A stretch of 63,635 nt of DNA, counting the filler, from Chiloscyllium plagiosum (Eukaryota): NCBI RefSeq assembly GCF_004010195.1. It is 6 parts of one record of this genome, joined end to end, with 100 filler letters (N's around TTAATTAATTAA, not from the genome) between each part and the next. Parts side by side here need not be neighbours in the genome. Positions count along the whole stretch, not along the records: positions 36,379 to 44,137 come from NC_057711.1; positions 44,238 to 54,155 come from NC_057711.1; 4 more parts are not named here. One strand, written 5' to 3'. The translations under genes were made by a program, and so were the position numbers. Numbering within the stretch: the stretch's first letter is position 1; every line of letters begins with the position of its first letter. Positions 38,228 through 50,535 of the stretch are shown here, in pieces. Under the pieces are notes generated by a model that was given only the letters and a program-made list of their open reading frames with translations, was not told the origin of the DNA and searched no databases.

Positions 38228-39765
38228 TAAAGTGAGGACTGCAGATGCTGAAGATTAGAGTCGAGCGTGTGGTGCTTTAAAAGCACAGTAGGTCAGGCAG
38301 TATCCAAGGAGGAGAATTGAAGTTTTGGGCAAAAGTCCTTCATCAGGACTGAGGTTGTGAGCCGAGGGGGTGGTGAGATAAATGGGTGGGGGTGGGGCTG
38401 GGGGGGGAAGGTAGCTGAGAGTATGATAGGTGGATGGAGGTGTGGGTAATGGTGATATGTCAGAGGGGAGGTTGGAGCAGATAGGTGGGAAGAAAGATGG
38501 ACAGATAGGACAGGTCATGAAGGCGGTGCTGAGCTGGAAGGTTGTATCTGGGATAAGGTGGGGGAGGGAAAATGAGGAAACTGGTGAAATCCACATTGAT
38601 GCCATGGGTTTGGAGGGTCCCGAGGCGCAAGATGAGGCGTTCTTCTTTCAGGCGTCAATTGGTTATGGAGTGGCGATGGAGGAGGCCCAGGAACTTCATG
38701 TCCTTGGCAGAGTGGGAGGGGGACTTGAAGTGTTCAGCCACAGGGCGGTGGGGTTAGTTGGTGTGGGTGTCCCGGAGATGTTCTCTGAAGCACTCTGCGA
38801 GTAGGCATTCTGTCTCCTCAATGCAGAGGAGACTGTATCAGGAGCAACAGATACACTAAATGACATGTGTGAAAGTGCTGGTTAAACTCTGATGGATGTG
38901 GAAGTCTCCTTTGGGGTCTTGGACAGAGGTGGGGGGGAGGTGGTGGTTTGGGCGCAAGGTTTGCAATTCCTGCGGTGCCAGGGAAAGGTGCCGGGAGGGG
39001 AGGGTTGGTTGGTGGGGGGGTATGGACCTCTGATGAGTGAGTCACAGAGGGAATGGTCTTTACGAAAAGCGGATAAGGGTGGGGAGGGAAATATATCTCT
39101 GGTAGTGAGGTCCGTTTGTAGGTGGTGGAAATGGCAGAGGATGATGCAATCTAGGCGGAGGTTGTTGGATGGAAGGCAAAGACCAGAGAGATTCTATTCT
39201 TGTTGCGGTTGGAGGCGTGGGGTCTGAGAGCAAAGGTGCAGGATGTGGATGAGATGTGCTGGATGGCATTATCAATCACATGGGAGTGGGAAAGTCCATT
39301 CTTTAAAGGAGGAGGCCATCTGGTTTGTTCTGTGGTGGAACTGGTCCTCCCAGGAGCAGATGTGGCGGAGGCGGAGAAATTGGGAATAAGGGATAGCATT
39401 TTTACAGGAGGCAGGGTGGGAGAAGGTGTAGTCAGGTAACTGTGGGAGTCAGTGGGTTTGTAGAAGATGTCAGTGTAGAGTCGGTCACCGTTGATGGAGA
39501 TGGTGCGGTCCAGCAAGGGGAGGGAGGTGTCTGAGATGGTCCAGGTGTATTTAAGGTCAGGGTGGAATGTGTTGATGAACTTTTCAGCCTCCACATGGGA
39601 GCACAAGGTGGCGCCAATGCAATAATCAATGGTAGCGGAGTACAAGATGGGGAGTGGTGTTGGTGTAATTATGGAAGACGGACTGTTCCACGTAACCGAC
39701 AAAGAGGCTGGGGCCAATGGCTACCCTTTTCATCTGGAGGAAGTGGGAGATTCAAGGGAGAAATT
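38228..39765 (-). mobile_element. Penelope-like RT + GIY-YIG remnant
   Basis: ORF 39151..39717 FINTFHPDLKYTWTISDTSLPLLD...FYKPTDSHSYL. Family A terminus with a decayed hammerhead at ~38315-38350. Confidence 0.8.
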
Positions 39766-39829
39766 ATTGAGGGTCTGGAGGAAGTGGGAGGATTTGTGTG
39801 TATCACGTGTGAGTGATCACGCTCACACA

Positions 39830-40510
39830 GACCCTGTCTCATGCACATGCTGTCTCTCAGACATGCATACACCTACACTCACACGCACACCCTGTCACAG
39901 GCATATTGTCAGTCACACTCGCACACACACTCTATCAAACTCATGCAAACACACACACATCCTCTCCCTCCCTCACGCATGCACACACATATAGGCCTGT
40001 GGGGTGAATTTGCATTTGCATATACATTCTATTTTGTTCAAAAAGCATACAGTCTGTAGGCAGTCAGTCCATGTGACATTTTATAAATTCCTACTTTGGA
40101 AATAGAACCAGTCTGATTCAAGGTTGGAATACAGACAGACTCTAACTTCACACCTTCAATGCATTGTCTTGAGCTGACATGTCACTTTTTTTTATATATA
40201 AAGCCTTTAGTTATCTCAGGTGTGTGATTTGAAAGAAGTTCTGGGATTTACATTTAATCAATTGAAACTTGCATCCCAATTCTAAGTGATTAAGAACTTC
40301 ACAGCAATCTAGGTTTGTTCAATATTTTGCATCAGTTGTATGATACTTTGCTCTTTTACTTTAAGTTCTGGGTGCTATGATCCTGCCCCACTAGCTACCT
40401 GACAAAGGAGCAGCGCTCCAAAAGCTTGCACTTCCAAATAAACCTATTGGACTGTATTCTGGTGTTTTTTTTTTAATTGTCCACCCCAGTCCAACACTGG
40501 CACCTCCACG
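39830..40510 (+). mobile_element. PLE 3' terminal region (family B) with CA-rich segment
   Basis: Ends cctgacaaaggagcagcgctccaaaagcttg...ccagtccaacactggcacctcc, a decayed hammerhead. Confidence 0.6.
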
Positions 40511-40633
40511 ACAGAGTCAGCACATTTGATGAGTCAAAGAGCACTTTTGTTCCTGCTAGATTGTTTAAATGAAAAGATTGAACACGAATTTCTGATTATT
40601 GCGTATCATCTGTCACTCTTACATCACACCTAC

Positions 40634-40724
40634 CGTTGGCTCTTAGTAAATAGGATTAATAGCATCATCAAGGCTGTGCCCAGGAAAACAAAGACCAGGA
40701 TTAGCCTGAACAAGATTCCTGACT
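40634..40724 (-). pseudogene. Transmembrane-helix exon of minus-strand gene
   Basis: Strong acceptor tttgttttgtcttacAG and donor acg|GTAGGT. Phase 1 to 2. Encodes SGILFRLILVFVFLGTALMMLLILFTKSQ. Confidence 0.7.
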
Positions 40725-41045
40725 CTGTAAGACAAAACAAACAGAAATCCAACATTAGAAAGTAATGTGGTGATTTATCTGTATGTGGGAGAGGTGATGC
40801 CCTCGTGGTATTATCGCTAAGCTATTAATCTAGAAATTCAGCTAAATTCTGGGGACCTGGGTTAAAATCCTGCAATGTCAGATGGTGGAATTTGAATTTA
40901 AGCTATCCCACCCATAGGACACAGAATTCTCTTTTATAGAAATTTTTGGACTAGGGATGTGGTTGGGGAGACCATGGTTTGGTTTCTTCTAGTCCATCTC
41001 TCTTATTTTATTCTCAACTGGAGACAAGGGCTTAATGTAAGGGAT

Positions 41046-41119
41046 GGTAATGTGGCTTAGTGGTTTAAAGCATCTACTTTGTAAACAGGCAGTATTGAGT
41101 TCAAATCTCTGTAATGCCT
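41046..41119 (+). pseudogene. tRNA-Thr(TGT)-derived pseudogene
   Basis: 74 nt collinear with vertebrate tRNA-Thr (GTGGCTTAGT.G.TTAAAGC...GTAAACAGG...GTTC.AATC...TGCCT). Anticodon TGT at 41080-41082. Acceptor and anticodon stems are mismatched. Confidence 0.65.
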
Positions 41120-41189
41120 TGCTTCAAAAGTAGCCTTTTAATTAAGTTGATGAGTGAAAGTAGCCACGTCAACATTCATTGCTTTATTG

Positions 41190-41745
41190 GTGAAGCCACA
41201 GCTAAAGTAATGTGTTCAGTTCCGGAATGCAGATTATAGGAGGGATGTGATTGTACTGGAGAGGGTGTACGGGATATTTACCAGGATGTGCCTAGGCTGG
41301 AGAGTTTTAATTATCAACAGAGACTGGACAGATCTGGGATTGTTTTCCTTAGAGCATGAGAGAGAACATGATTGAGATGTATGAAATTATAAGGGGCATA
41401 GATAAGGTAGATAGGAAGAAACTTTTCACATTGATTTAAGGATCAATGACTAGGGGGCATAGATTTAAGGTAAGGGACTGGAGGTGAAAGGAGATGAGAG
41501 GGAAACCTTTTTATCACCCAGAGACTGGTGGGAATTTGGAACTCACTGCCTGTAAAAATGGTCGAGGCAGAAATCCTCAGAATATTTTAGAAGTATTTAG
41601 ATGTGCACTTGTGATGCCAAGACATACAAGGCTATGAGCTAACTATGGAAAAATGGGATTAGAATAGTTAGGTGGTTGTTTTTGTCTACAGACATGATGG
41701 GCCAAAAGGCCTTTCCATTTGCTGTAGATTGCTATTACTCTATAT
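41190..41745 (+). mobile_element. Old CR1 3' end
   Basis: Decayed CR1 RT C-terminus and 3' UTR. Confidence 0.7.
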
Positions 41746-42944
41746 GAAAAGGATTATATACAAAACATAGGGACATTTTTTCAAGCAGCATCTTATTTAC
41801 CAAACTATCAATCTCCTGTGGTGATGTTCCTGATGGTTTTATAAAAACTGGGATTTATACTGGATAGAAATGCTCATTTATCAGCATCACTAAAGCCTAC
41901 AGCTAGAACCAAAAGGTGCAGCGAACTCAATAATATCTATTAAAGGGCAATTTGATAATTATTTGAAGAAAAACAAGCAGAGGGCTGGGGTTAAACAGAT
42001 AGCTGTTGGAGAGAACTGGCAGAGACAGTAGGCAGAACTTTCTGACATGCAGTCTAAGTTTAGAGTCTGGCAAGACATTGAATGCCACTTCACTTTGGAT
42101 GGGATTGGTTTATCTCACTCCATTACACAGTTCTCAGCTCAGAGGGCAGTGGAGGCCCACTCTCTGGATTCATTAAGAAAGAGTTGGATAGAGCTCTCAA
42201 AGATAGTGGAATCAAGGGTTATGGAGATAAGGCAGGAACAGGATACTGATTAGGAATGATCAGCCATGATTATATTGAATGGCGGTGCAGGCTCAAAGGG
42301 CTGAATGGCCTACTCCTGCACCTATTGTCTATTGTCTATACATTTGCATGCAAGAGGAACATGCACAGCTTGTGACAGGCGGGCGGGAAGCTTACACTCT
42401 TGTCATCACTTCCAAGGGTTGAATGTCTTGGGGCATTATTTAAGGGGTGCCCAGACAGACACCATCTCCCTGCAAACCAGGTGAATCACTTGGGCATCTG
42501 GAGTGAGCATTGCAGTGAAACATTCTGGCACTGCCATCTTTCCTCAGGGGTCAACCTGTTCCCTATCGCAGACAGACTTCCACCCTGGACAGCCTTCTTG
42601 ATCTGTGCCTCTTACAATCCATCTTCCTTCCCTTGGTCATCCTTTGTGACCCATGCAATGTAGATTTACCAGTCCTTGATCTCAATCATGGCCTGGCATA
42701 ATCACATTCTCCTCAAAGAGGGCAAAGCAGCATACACACTTGTTGCACATCTCATGCATAATTAGAAATTAGAATGCATGTACTCCTCACACATGAACTC
42801 TGTTGAGAAGCAGAACTTAATTCTGGCAAGCTGGCTTTTTAATGAGCAGGTATGAGATGCAAATACATACAAAAGGACCTCCCAGGAATCTTAACCCAAC
42901 ATTTAAGGGTCAGAGAACTTAATTGCAAATATCCACTCTTGCCT

Positions 42945-43200
42945 CCCCAGAGGGCAATTAAGAGTCACCCACATTCCTGTGGATCTGGAGTCACATGTGG
43001 GCCAAACCAGGTAAGAATGGCAGTTTCCTTGCTACAGGACATTAGAGAACCAGAAGGGTTTTTCAACAATTGGCAATGGTTTCAAGTTCATCATTAGACT
43101 CATAATCCCAGTTTTGTTTTTCATGAATTCAAATTTCACTATCTACTATGGCAGGATTTGAACCCAGGTTCCTGCAACATTACCTGGGTCTGGATTAACA
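42945..43200 (-). mobile_element. Deu-domain tRNA SINE (SacSINE1-like)
   Basis: ggtaagaatggcagtttcctt...ggacattagagaaccagaagggttttt matches the Deu domain. A B-box-like head lies at ~43150-43170. Confidence 0.65.
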
Positions 43201-43499
43201 GGAGAAGTCGGTTGAATTTTATACCAAACACTATCTGGCAGACTGAGTAGATCTACACCAGGGCAACTCAACCCAAGTTGTTATCTCTTTCCCACTGGCA
43301 ACCTCTGAGCTTTCATCTCAGCTCAGGTCCAGTTCAGTCTGCTCCATGATGTGCTCCCAGTCCCTTTGAGTATCGGACAACCCACTGTGTTCCTTGTTGC
43401 CAGTCAGTTAATGATGGACCAACTCACTTTAATTTGTTTAAAATGGGAAGGAAGCTCAGCACTTGACAATATTTTAGAAGTAAGAGAGTTTTGAATTGT

Positions 43500-44137
43500 T
43501 AAAGGTTTAGATGGAGAGGATTTTGTTAAGTGTGTACAAGACAATTTTCTGATTCAGTATCTGGATGTACCTACCAGAGAAGGTGCAAAACTTGACCCAC
43601 TGTTGGGAAATAAGGCAGGGCAGGTGACTGAGGTGTCAGTGGGGGAGCACTTTGGGGCCAGCGACCATAATTCTATTCGTTTTAAAATAGTGATGGAAAA
43701 GGATAGACCAAATCTAAAAGTTGAAGTTCCACATTGGAGAAAGGCCAATTTTGACGGTATTAGGCAAGAACTTTCAAAAGATGTTTGGAGGCAGATGTTC
43801 GCAGGTAAAGGGATGGCTGGAAAATGGGAAGCCTTCAGAAATGAGATAACAAGAATCCAGAGAAAATATATTCCTGTCAGGGTGAAAGGNNNNNNNNNNN
43901 NNNNNNNNNNNNNNNNNNNNNNNNNNNNNNNNNNNNNNNNNNNNNNNNNNNNNNNNNNNAAATTGAGGGTTTGGTTAAGAAGAAAAAGGAAGCATATGTC
44001 AGGTATAGACAGGATAGATCAAGTGAATCCTTAGAAGAGTATAAAGGAAGTAGGAGTATACTTAAGAGGGAAGTCAGGAGGGCAAAACGGGGACATGAGA
44101 TAGCTTTGGCAAATAGAATTAAGGAGAATCCAAAGGG
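43500..44137 (+). mobile_element. Young CR1 ORF2 fragment
   Basis: ORF 43603.. VGEHFGASDHNSIRFKI...WRKANFDGIRQEL. Confidence 0.85.
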
Positions 44138-44442
44138 NNNNNNNNNNNNNNNNNNNNNNNNNNNNNNNNNNNNNNNNNNNNTTAATTAATTAANNNNNNN
44201 NNNNNNNNNNNNNNNNNNNNNNNNNNNNNNNNNNNNNTGCATCGTAATTTCCCTTCCCCCAGCTGTAACTCTTGCTCGGTGGAGTACACCTATCCCTTTC
44301 CATCACTAAAGTAAACCTCACAGAATTGTGATTGCTGTCTCCAAAGTGCTCACCTACTTCCAAATCTAACACCTGGCCAGGCTCGTTACCCAGTACTAAA
44401 TCTAAAGTGGCTTCGCCCCTTGTAGGCCTGTCTACATACTAT

Positions 44443-44660
44443 GCTGAAAATGTGTTGCTGGAAAAGCGTAGCAGGTCAGGCAGCATCCAAGGAGCAGGAG
44501 AATCGACGTTTCGGGCATGAGCCCTTCTTCAGGAATCCTGAAGAAGGGCTCATGCCCGAAATGTCGATTCCCCTGCTCCTTGGATGCTGCCTGACCTGCT
44601 GTGCTTTTCCAGCAACACATTTTCAGCTCTGATCTCCAGCATCTGGAGTCCTCACTTTCT
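44443..44660. mobile_element. Fold-back family A insert with two back-to-back hammerhead motifs, inside a CR1
   Basis: Cores at 44505-44532(-) and 44538-44565(+). TSD cctgtctacatactat at 44427-44442 and 44661-44676. Confidence 0.85.
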
Positions 44661-45313
44661 CCTGTCTACATACTATATCAGGAAGCCCTCCTGCACACAC
44701 TGGACAAAAACCGACCCATCTATAGTACTCGTACTGTAGTGATCCCAGTCAATATTTGGATAGTTGAAGTCCCCCATGACAACTACATGTTACTTGTTCT
44801 GTCTAGGCCATGGGTCTAGTCCCCTGGCATGGGTCCCCTTCGCCATCCCATTCCCGCCACTGGAAGGAAAGTTGCCTGGCAACAAATGCTGGTCCAGACA
44901 GTGACACCAACACCTCACGAATTAACAAAATAAACCCTTCTCATCCACCGCCATTGACACCATACTGACCTAGGTGGCAAACCCAGACATCCTGTGCCAA
45001 CAATGTGGGTAGAGGATGCTGTTCCTCTTGTCAACCAGGAATTCCATGAGGTGCCAACTTCCACTGTTTTTGCCCTTCCTGGGGTGAAAGTTCACAGTCA
45101 TGACGGGCAGCTCTGGACAGCCAGTGCTTGACCAAGTACACACCTGCTTTTTAAAGATGGCACCATTGCCTGGTCACCAATATATCCCACAGTGGGCAGT
45201 AACTTCGGCTAACCCATGCTTTACAACCTCCTTCCCCGTGGTCAGAGAAACCAAGATTAACTTCGACATATTTTGAAAATTTGAATTAATTGGAGACTAT
45301 TTTGAAACATTAC

Positions 45314-45362
45314 CTCGTAAGTTCTTCTCCAATAAAGAGAAAATATTTAGTCTAGATCTACT
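45314..45362 (-). pseudogene. Candidate small exon (phase 0 to 1)
   Basis: atgtAG|AGT...CGA G|GTaatg, encoding SRSRLNIFSLLEKNLR. The phases link the 46971 and 40724 exons. Confidence 0.5.
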
Positions 45363-46970
45363 CTACATTACATATTGTAGAAAATGAACAACTGAGTAAG
45401 AAATCATGTTCCACTCTTTATTCTCCACACCTCATTTGAGGATTTATTTACAGGAACGTCAGTTTGAACAACTGGCAAAGGGATAAAGGTCCGGTTCATA
45501 TGTTTGTTGATTAAGACAGGAATAGTTCTACTGCATTGTTGTCATCCACCCATTAAAAATCACATGACACCAGATTATAGTCCAACAGATGTATTTGAAA
45601 CCACAAGCTTTCAGGGTGCTGCTCCTTCTTCAGCTCATCCACCCAAAAATTGGGCCTTCTTTAAATATTCATTGAGAAGACAAAATCTCTAATCATTCAC
45701 TCTCAAGTTATTATAGTGCAACCAGGCCATAGGACTGCTCTCTCATTACGGAGAAAAGGGGACAATTGGCAGTTATTTAACATGAGGACCATCACACCTC
45801 AGGTGAGGGGAGAGGTTGAGAAGGAGAGTCCTTTATGGTAACCTCAGCTAGTGTAGGGATTGAACCCACACTGACAGCATCATACTACTTCACAAACCAA
45901 CCATCCGGCCAACTGAGCTAAACTGGCACCACTCATTCTGCACTGTGCTTAAAGTGGCAACCTCAAAGGTGGAGTGCAGCTTGAACTCGATTTGACGACA
46001 AGATATTAATTTTACATTCCTGTTATTATTTCTGTTACATTATCACAATAGCAACAATTTAGATTCAAGGAGGTCTTATGTCACAGTGACAGTGCCCTGA
46101 TCCTGGTGCCATAAGTTATGGGGGGGGGAAGGCGTAGAAGTGTACTGTACCTTTAAGAGAGTGAAGGATTCAGCAAGAACACAGTGCTGGAGAGTTTACC
46201 ACGTAACATTTGGTCCAGCAGCTAGCACTGGCTGAGTTGCTATGAGACAAAAACAAATTCGAATTCAGCCAATCAGTTTAAATTATACCCCAAAATACCA
46301 ACCTCCAATCAAGTTTAGTACATTGACAATCTTAAAAACCAATAAAACAATCATTACAGGGCAATATAACTTGACCAATCCACCTGGCCTACACCATTAT
46401 GGGGCAATTTAACGTGACCAATCCACATAACCTGGACGTCTTTGGGCTCTGGGAAAAAAAACCCATGCAGACACAAGGAGAATGTGCAAACCCCTCACAG
46501 TCACCTGAGGCTGGAAGTGAAACTGGATCCTCAGTCCTCTAAGGCAGCTATGCTAACCACTGAGCCACCGTTTCACCAGAAAATCTGCAAGATCGAAATG
46601 GCACAAAACAAAATGACCATAAAACCACAAGCCATAGGAGCAGAAGCAGGCCATTCAGCCCATTGTGTCTCCTCCACCATTCAATACAATCATGGCTGGT
46701 CTGATAATCCACAACTCCACTGGACACCAAGCGAAATAAAGGCAGACAGCGAGCTGGGACACTGTAAATGAGAGAATAGTTCCATTGGGGAGGAGAGAGA
46801 GAGAGAGACAAGGGCGTAAAACAGAACAGAGCGATATTACATTATTATTTCCCATATATCTAACAACAAAAATAAATGGCTATCCAACCAACTTTCTATG
46901 AAGATTACATCTTCTCAAGGAAAATAAAAAAATCAGGACAACAGCAGGTTCAGTCTTAACAACAGCTCAC

Positions 46971-47127
46971 TGTGGGAGAGAGTTTAATTCCATTAGTTGA
47001 GGTTAAGATATCTGATGTGCTATCAAATATCTTTCCCTCAGCCAGTGGCCCATCACTGAAAGAGCTCAAACATTGCTCTGCGAATGGCTGTGTGTGCATA
47101 GACTCTACGTTGCACATGAAAACACCA
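46971..47127 (-). pseudogene. Exon (phase 2 to 0) of fibrocystin-like gene
   Basis: Acceptor ttttgtttctgtgtgcAG and donor aca|GTGAGC. Encodes GVFMCNVESMHTQPFAEQCL...IKLSPT. Confidence 0.6.
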
Positions 47128-47315
47128 CTGCACACAGAAACAAAATCACTTTCAATAAACTTCTTTATACAAATTACTAGCATTACCAAAGGGTGTCTGA
47201 TTCAATAGAAGCTGTATTGTAGCGTACAAGTGGATTATTAGGGAGTGGACACACTGACCCCGTGGAACTGGAGACTGATATTGGGACACATTAGGCAAAG
47301 CTGTGTCTTCACATG

Positions 47316-47524
47316 GAGAAAGTGAGGTCTGCAGATGCTGGAGATCAGAGCTGAAAATGTGTTGCTGGAACAGCGCAGCAGGTCAGGCAGCATCCAGGGA
47401 ACAGGAGAATCGACGTTTTGGGCATAAGCCCTTCTTCAGGAAGAAGGGCTTATGCCCGAAATGTCGATTCTCCTGTTCCCTGGATGCTGCCTGACCTGCT
47501 GCGCTGTTCCAGCAACACATTTTC
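47316..47524. mobile_element. Fold-back family A insert
   Basis: Inverted arms meet at ~47440. 17-bp TSD agctgtgtcttcacatg at 47299-47315 and 47525-47541. Confidence 0.85.
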
Positions 47525-48381
47525 AGCTGTGTCTTCACATGCACAGCATTTAAAAGAAAGAGTAGAATGTAGATTGAACATGAAGAGAAGCATTTCTGCA
47601 AAGTCTAACCAAATTCAATAAGTAAAACAGGGATAAATACAGAAATAACAATGTTATTGTCGACCGACGCACTATTTAGTTTTCTGATAATCTTTTTACC
47701 TCAGAAACTCAAGCCAGATGGTTTATTTTAAGTTGAGCTTTTATCATTTGGTCCTTTCTTACTCAGGGGAGATTGCTATCTGGTGTGAGAAGCTGCTCTG
47801 GAGAGGTCGACCAAGGGAAAAAGGTATTGAATAAACATCAAGGGATAGTAGTTTTGCCACAAAATAAATCACAATGAGTAATGGTTAGGAAGCCTGTGAT
47901 GCATTTTTTTTTGGTATTCATACACATTGATTTATTTATGCAGGATTACCCAATTAAGATTGAGAGGTGACTTGCAATTGTTTCTTGTCCATGTGTGACC
48001 AAGTGTAGGCGACAAAATAGATTCGGCACAAATCAGCTTGCTACTGTTGTTTCGACAACTGTAATTCCTCAGGCCAAAGCTGCTGTCATTAATAATGGCC
48101 CAGGGTTTTATTTAACATTCACAGAGCATGGTGCTGATTGGAATTCTATAATGGTGCTCACTCAGACAGAGCAAGCTTCAGGGAGCTTGAGAGTGAAGAT
48201 CAACTCAACAAACAAATAGAGAGAGGAATGAAATGAGATGGATGCAAAGGGGCCCATAAAATCTGAATGGATTTTTCTCTCCCTTTTCTGCTATTCTGCT
48301 CTCTGTTCTTTGCTCATCATGCTATTTGTATGAGAGCATTTAGGGAGGATGGGCTTTCCTGACTTCACCAAAGGAACTTAC

Positions 48382-49347
48382 CTCAGGATCATTGATATCA
48401 TCTTGATCACCTCCTCCACTGTGACTGAAAATCCCAGAATCAACCAACGGACTGTTTTGCATTTGACATGGCAGATTTACAGAAGAAAGTGAGGACTGCA
48501 GATGCTGGAGATAAGAGCTAAAAATGTGTTGCTGGAAAAGTGCAGCAGGTCAGGCAGCATCCAAGGCGCAGGAGAATCGACGTTTCGGGCATGAGCCCTT
48601 CAGTTGGTCACAATATTTGCAACATCAATGTTTTCTCCAATGAGTCAGGACAAGTGGACAACTGGCTGCCAACAGTGATAAATCAGTCAAATCTACTTCT
48701 CTATGTGTTTTGGATAATTGATTCAATAGTTTTCTGTAAAGGTGGTGGTTTTCCCTGCAGTGGTATTAAGGAGCTGACATTCCCTACAGCCAGAGTCTAT
48801 GTCCAAAGATACACTCCTGCCTTATATAACAGTAAATACAAAGTTGCTTCATTTGGGTTTGATTGATGTGAGAAATGGAAAAATGCTGCATCTGGTGTTG
48901 AAACTTACTGAATTTCAATTAGTATGGATCTGATTCCCAGCACTCCTGCGTTATCCAAGATAAGTTCAGTGATTTGACTAAGTGCAGAGAAAGTGCAGTG
49001 GGTGCAATTGTACATGAGAGATCTTTTTTGAAAAACAACTTTTAAGGTCTCAACACTTTAGCCATTATATTTTTCCTCTGCTTCACAATGCAAAGGAAAA
49101 CTCAGCAAACAGAAGACTGAACGCTGCCCTTTGGGATTTTAAGTTCTCAGTTTCAAATTAATGTCAATCCTCTCGACAAATGTCAGAGAGAGGCTGGATC
49201 CATGCACTGAGTTGGATAATTGCCACCTTGTTTTATTAAAATCAGGTACACTGCTGATGATATCATGTCAGACGATTTTTGACCTAAGCGATTAGATGTG
49301 ATACCTTATCACCTTACTCAGTGAACTCTCCAGAAAATGACCACATG
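48382..49347 (-). pseudogene. Large decayed exon, fibrocystin (PKHD1/PKHD1L1)-like C-terminal ectodomain
   Basis: Acceptor catttcAG (phase 1) and donor gag|GTAAGT. One frame gives ...VPDFNKTRWQLSNSVHGS...LSFPLHCEAEEKYNG*SVETLKVVF...IRSILIEIQ*...TLAVGNVSSLIPL..., with stops, frameshifts and a PLE-terminal insert at ~48484-48603. The similarity to PKHD1L1 is recalled, not computed. Confidence 0.55.
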
Positions 49348-49391
49348 CTGAAATGCTGTCAATACATCAAGATAACACAGCAGCCATCTTG

Positions 49392-50535
49392 GGTCTGCTG
49401 TTGATGGCCCACAGTGCCTCATGGATGTCCAGTCTTGAGTTGCTAGATCTGTTCAAAGTCTGTCCCACTTAGCACACTGATAGTGCCACACAACATGACG
49501 GAGGTAATTCTCAAACTGAAGGTCAGACTTTGTCTCAACAAGGACATTGTGGTGGTCACGCTTACCGAACCTGTTCTGGACAGATGTGTCTGCAGCCAGC
49601 AGATTGGCAAGGATGAGGTCAAGTATGCTTTTCCCTCTTATTGGTTCCCTCACAACCTGCTGCAGACTCAGTCTTGTAGCTATGTCCTTTAGCTCGATCA
49701 GTAATACTGCTGCTGAGCCACTCTTGGTGATGGACACTGAAATCCCCTACCCAGAGTACATTTTGTACTCCTACCGTCCTCAGTGCTTCCTCGAAGTGTT
49801 GTTCAATATGGAGGAGCACTGATTCATCAGCTGAGGGAGAATGGTACGTGGTCATCAAAAGGAGGTTTCCTTGCCTATATTTTACCTGAAGCCACAAGAT
49901 TTCACAGGACCCGGAGTCAATGTTGAGGACTCCCAGGACAATTCCTTCCCGACTGTATACCACTGTGTCACCACTTCTGCTGGGTCTGTCTTGCTGGTGG
50001 GACAGGACATATCTAGGGATGGTGATGGTAGTGTGTAGGACATTGTCTGTAAGGTATGATTCTGTGAGTATATCAGGCTGTTGCTTGATGGGTCTGTGAG
50101 ACAGCTCTCCCAATTTTGGCACTAGCCCTCAGATGTTAGTGAGAAGTATTTTGCAGACTCGCCAGAGCTGTTTCTGCCATTGTCTTTTCCGTTGCCTAGA
50201 TTGGTGCCAGATGATCCATCCGGTTTTATGTCTTTGAGACTTTGTCACAAATGATACGACTGAGTGTCTTGTTAGGCCATTTCAGAGGTCAATTGTGAGT
50301 TAACCGGATTGCTGTGGGTCTGGACTTCCATGTAGGCCAGACCAGGTGAGGATGGCAGATTTGCTTCCCTGAAGCTCATTAGTGAACCAGATAGGTTTCT
50401 CTGACAATCAACAATTGTTTCATGGTCATTTGGTTCTTAATTTCAGACTTTTTAAAATTGAATTCAAATTTCACCATCTGCCGTAGCGGGACTCGTACCT
50501 GGGTCCCCAGAACATCAGCTGAGTTTTCTGGATTT
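49392..50535 (-). mobile_element. CR1-like LINE 5' part (APE endonuclease) preceded by a tRNA/Deu-SINE-like leader
   Basis: ORFs 49619..50122 (PDILTESYL...VLWVGDFSVHHQEWL) and 49453..49737 (LDLILANL...DHH). Deu-domain-like DNA at ~50260-50535 on the same strand. Confidence 0.7.

Noticed and set aside
42400..42760. Coding-looking GC-richer stretch
   Set aside because: No consistent frame or splice sites. It is probably an old transposon fragment that I cannot assign.
46972..47208. Plus-strand 78-aa ORF
   Set aside because: Antisense shadow of the minus-strand exon 47127-46971, which has the splice signals.
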